Assembly (NCBI RefSeq): GCF_047555085.1
Contig: NZ_CP180230.1
Location: 690,001-722,000, forward strand
Reading direction: 5' to 3'
Length of the DNA stretch: 32,000 nucleotides
Origin: Candidatus Saccharimonadota bacterium
Lineage (GTDB): Archaea > Nanohalarchaeota > Nanosalinia > Nanosalinales > Nanosalinaceae
The notes under the pieces are model-generated. The model saw only the letters and a list, made by a program, of their open reading frames with translations, had not been told where the DNA came from and did no database searches. A program made the translations under genes and the position numbers. Below are positions 31,457 through 32,000 of this stretch, in pieces; the first letter of the stretch is position 1, and each line of letters starts with the position of its first letter.

Positions 31457-32000
31457 ACATCAAGGCCTCCCATCTCAACAATTTTTTGGATTTCACTCTG
31501 AGTTAGAGGCCTGTTGTATATACGGAAGTCTGATATCTTGCCGTCCAGGTGTTCGTAGTTGTAGCCTCCGAGAGAGATAAATTCCGGGGAAAGGGTTATT
31601 CCTGCGTCTGTTAAAGTATTCTTTTTCTGGCCGTTGTAGTAGAAGTCAACATCGTTTCCTGTGCCGTGATTTACAAGAGTCACAAGATTCCAGGAATTGT
31701 TCTCCCATTCAGAGACCGGCATCAATCCATCTCCCCACGGAGACTGGATCTTATCAGTCGCAGAATCATAGATATACACTCTATCCGAGTTATCAGGAGA
31801 ATCAAATAGATAATCCCCGTTAGTTCCATCTGCAGAAAGATTCTCCGTATTTGCCCAGAAAGAAATCGTATAAGTAGAAAGGCTTAGGGCGGAAGTATCT
31901 AACTGAACTTCTTCATTGTTAGCCGAATCAAAACTTCTGGCCTTCGCTCCTCCAAGGCCTACAGCCGTACTCGTACCTGTCACACTCGTAGAATCAAAAT
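31453..32000 (-). CDS. LamG / concanavalin-A-like lectin domain protein, 5'-truncated by the window edge
   Basis: The frame stays open upstream of the track's GTG at 31983 (..FDSTSVTGTS..). C-terminal ISDFRIYNRPLTQSEIQKIV. The family N-terminal YWPL segment must lie outside the window. Confidence 0.75.
   Translation of the reverse strand, partial: FDSTSVTGTSTAVGLGGAKARSFDSANNEEVQLDTSALSLSTYTISFWANTENLSADGTNGDYLFDSPDNSDRVYIYDSATDKIQSPWGDGLMPVSEWENNSWNLVTLVNHGTGNDVDFYYNGQKKNTLTDAGITLSPEFISLGGYNYEHLDGKISDFRIYNRPLTQSEIQKIVEMGGLDV

Noticed and set aside
1-32000. CRISPR arrays, rRNA genes, IS elements with terminal inverted repeats
   Set aside because: No regularly spaced direct repeats, no rRNA-like conserved stretches and no transposase-like ORFs were seen in any frame.

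Overview
This is a gene-dense (about 89% coding) archaeal chromosome segment. The encoded proteome is strongly acidic (D/E-rich), G+C is moderate to low, the translation factor is archaeal (aEF-2), the riboflavin kinase is the archaeal CTP-dependent type, isopentenyl phosphate kinase is present, and one tRNA intron has a bulge-helix-bulge splice motif. Together these fit a salt-in halophilic archaeon, plausibly a small-genome Nanohaloarchaeota/DPANN-like lineage; that taxonomic placement is inference only. I support about 40 CDS and three tRNAs: Pro-UGG, Thr-UGU with an 84-nt intron, and Ile-GAU. Housekeeping genes include aEF-2, riboflavin synthase and riboflavin kinase, a ROK kinase, IPK, two flavoprotein oxidoreductases, glutaredoxin, NUDIX, HxlR, and a GTPase/DUF2073/Zn-ribbon triad. 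Accessory content: (i) a tyrosine integrase abutting the 3' end of tRNA-Pro, marking an integrated element that runs off the left edge; (ii) a roughly 1.1 kb A/T-richer two-gene cassette island with 47-bp direct repeats abutting the 3' end of tRNA-Thr; (iii) two clusters of paralogous LamG (concanavalin-A-like lectin) genes without signal peptides, five ORFs carrying six modules; (iv) a large secreted subtilase with a roughly 260-aa disordered tail; (v) an overlapping Mre11/SbcD-like plus short Rad50-like pair in which a membrane hairpin replaces the zinc hook; (vi) a truncated class-I aminoacyl-tRNA-synthetase-like protein. The most striking sequence-level signal is a roughly 20-fold excess of the palindromic hexamer AGGCCT. 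By my manual scan there are about 125 copies against roughly 6 expected. It occurs in all reading frames and is enriched in intergenic spacers, but is absent from both tRNA-flanked islands. No CRISPR array, rRNA or reverse transcriptase was seen.
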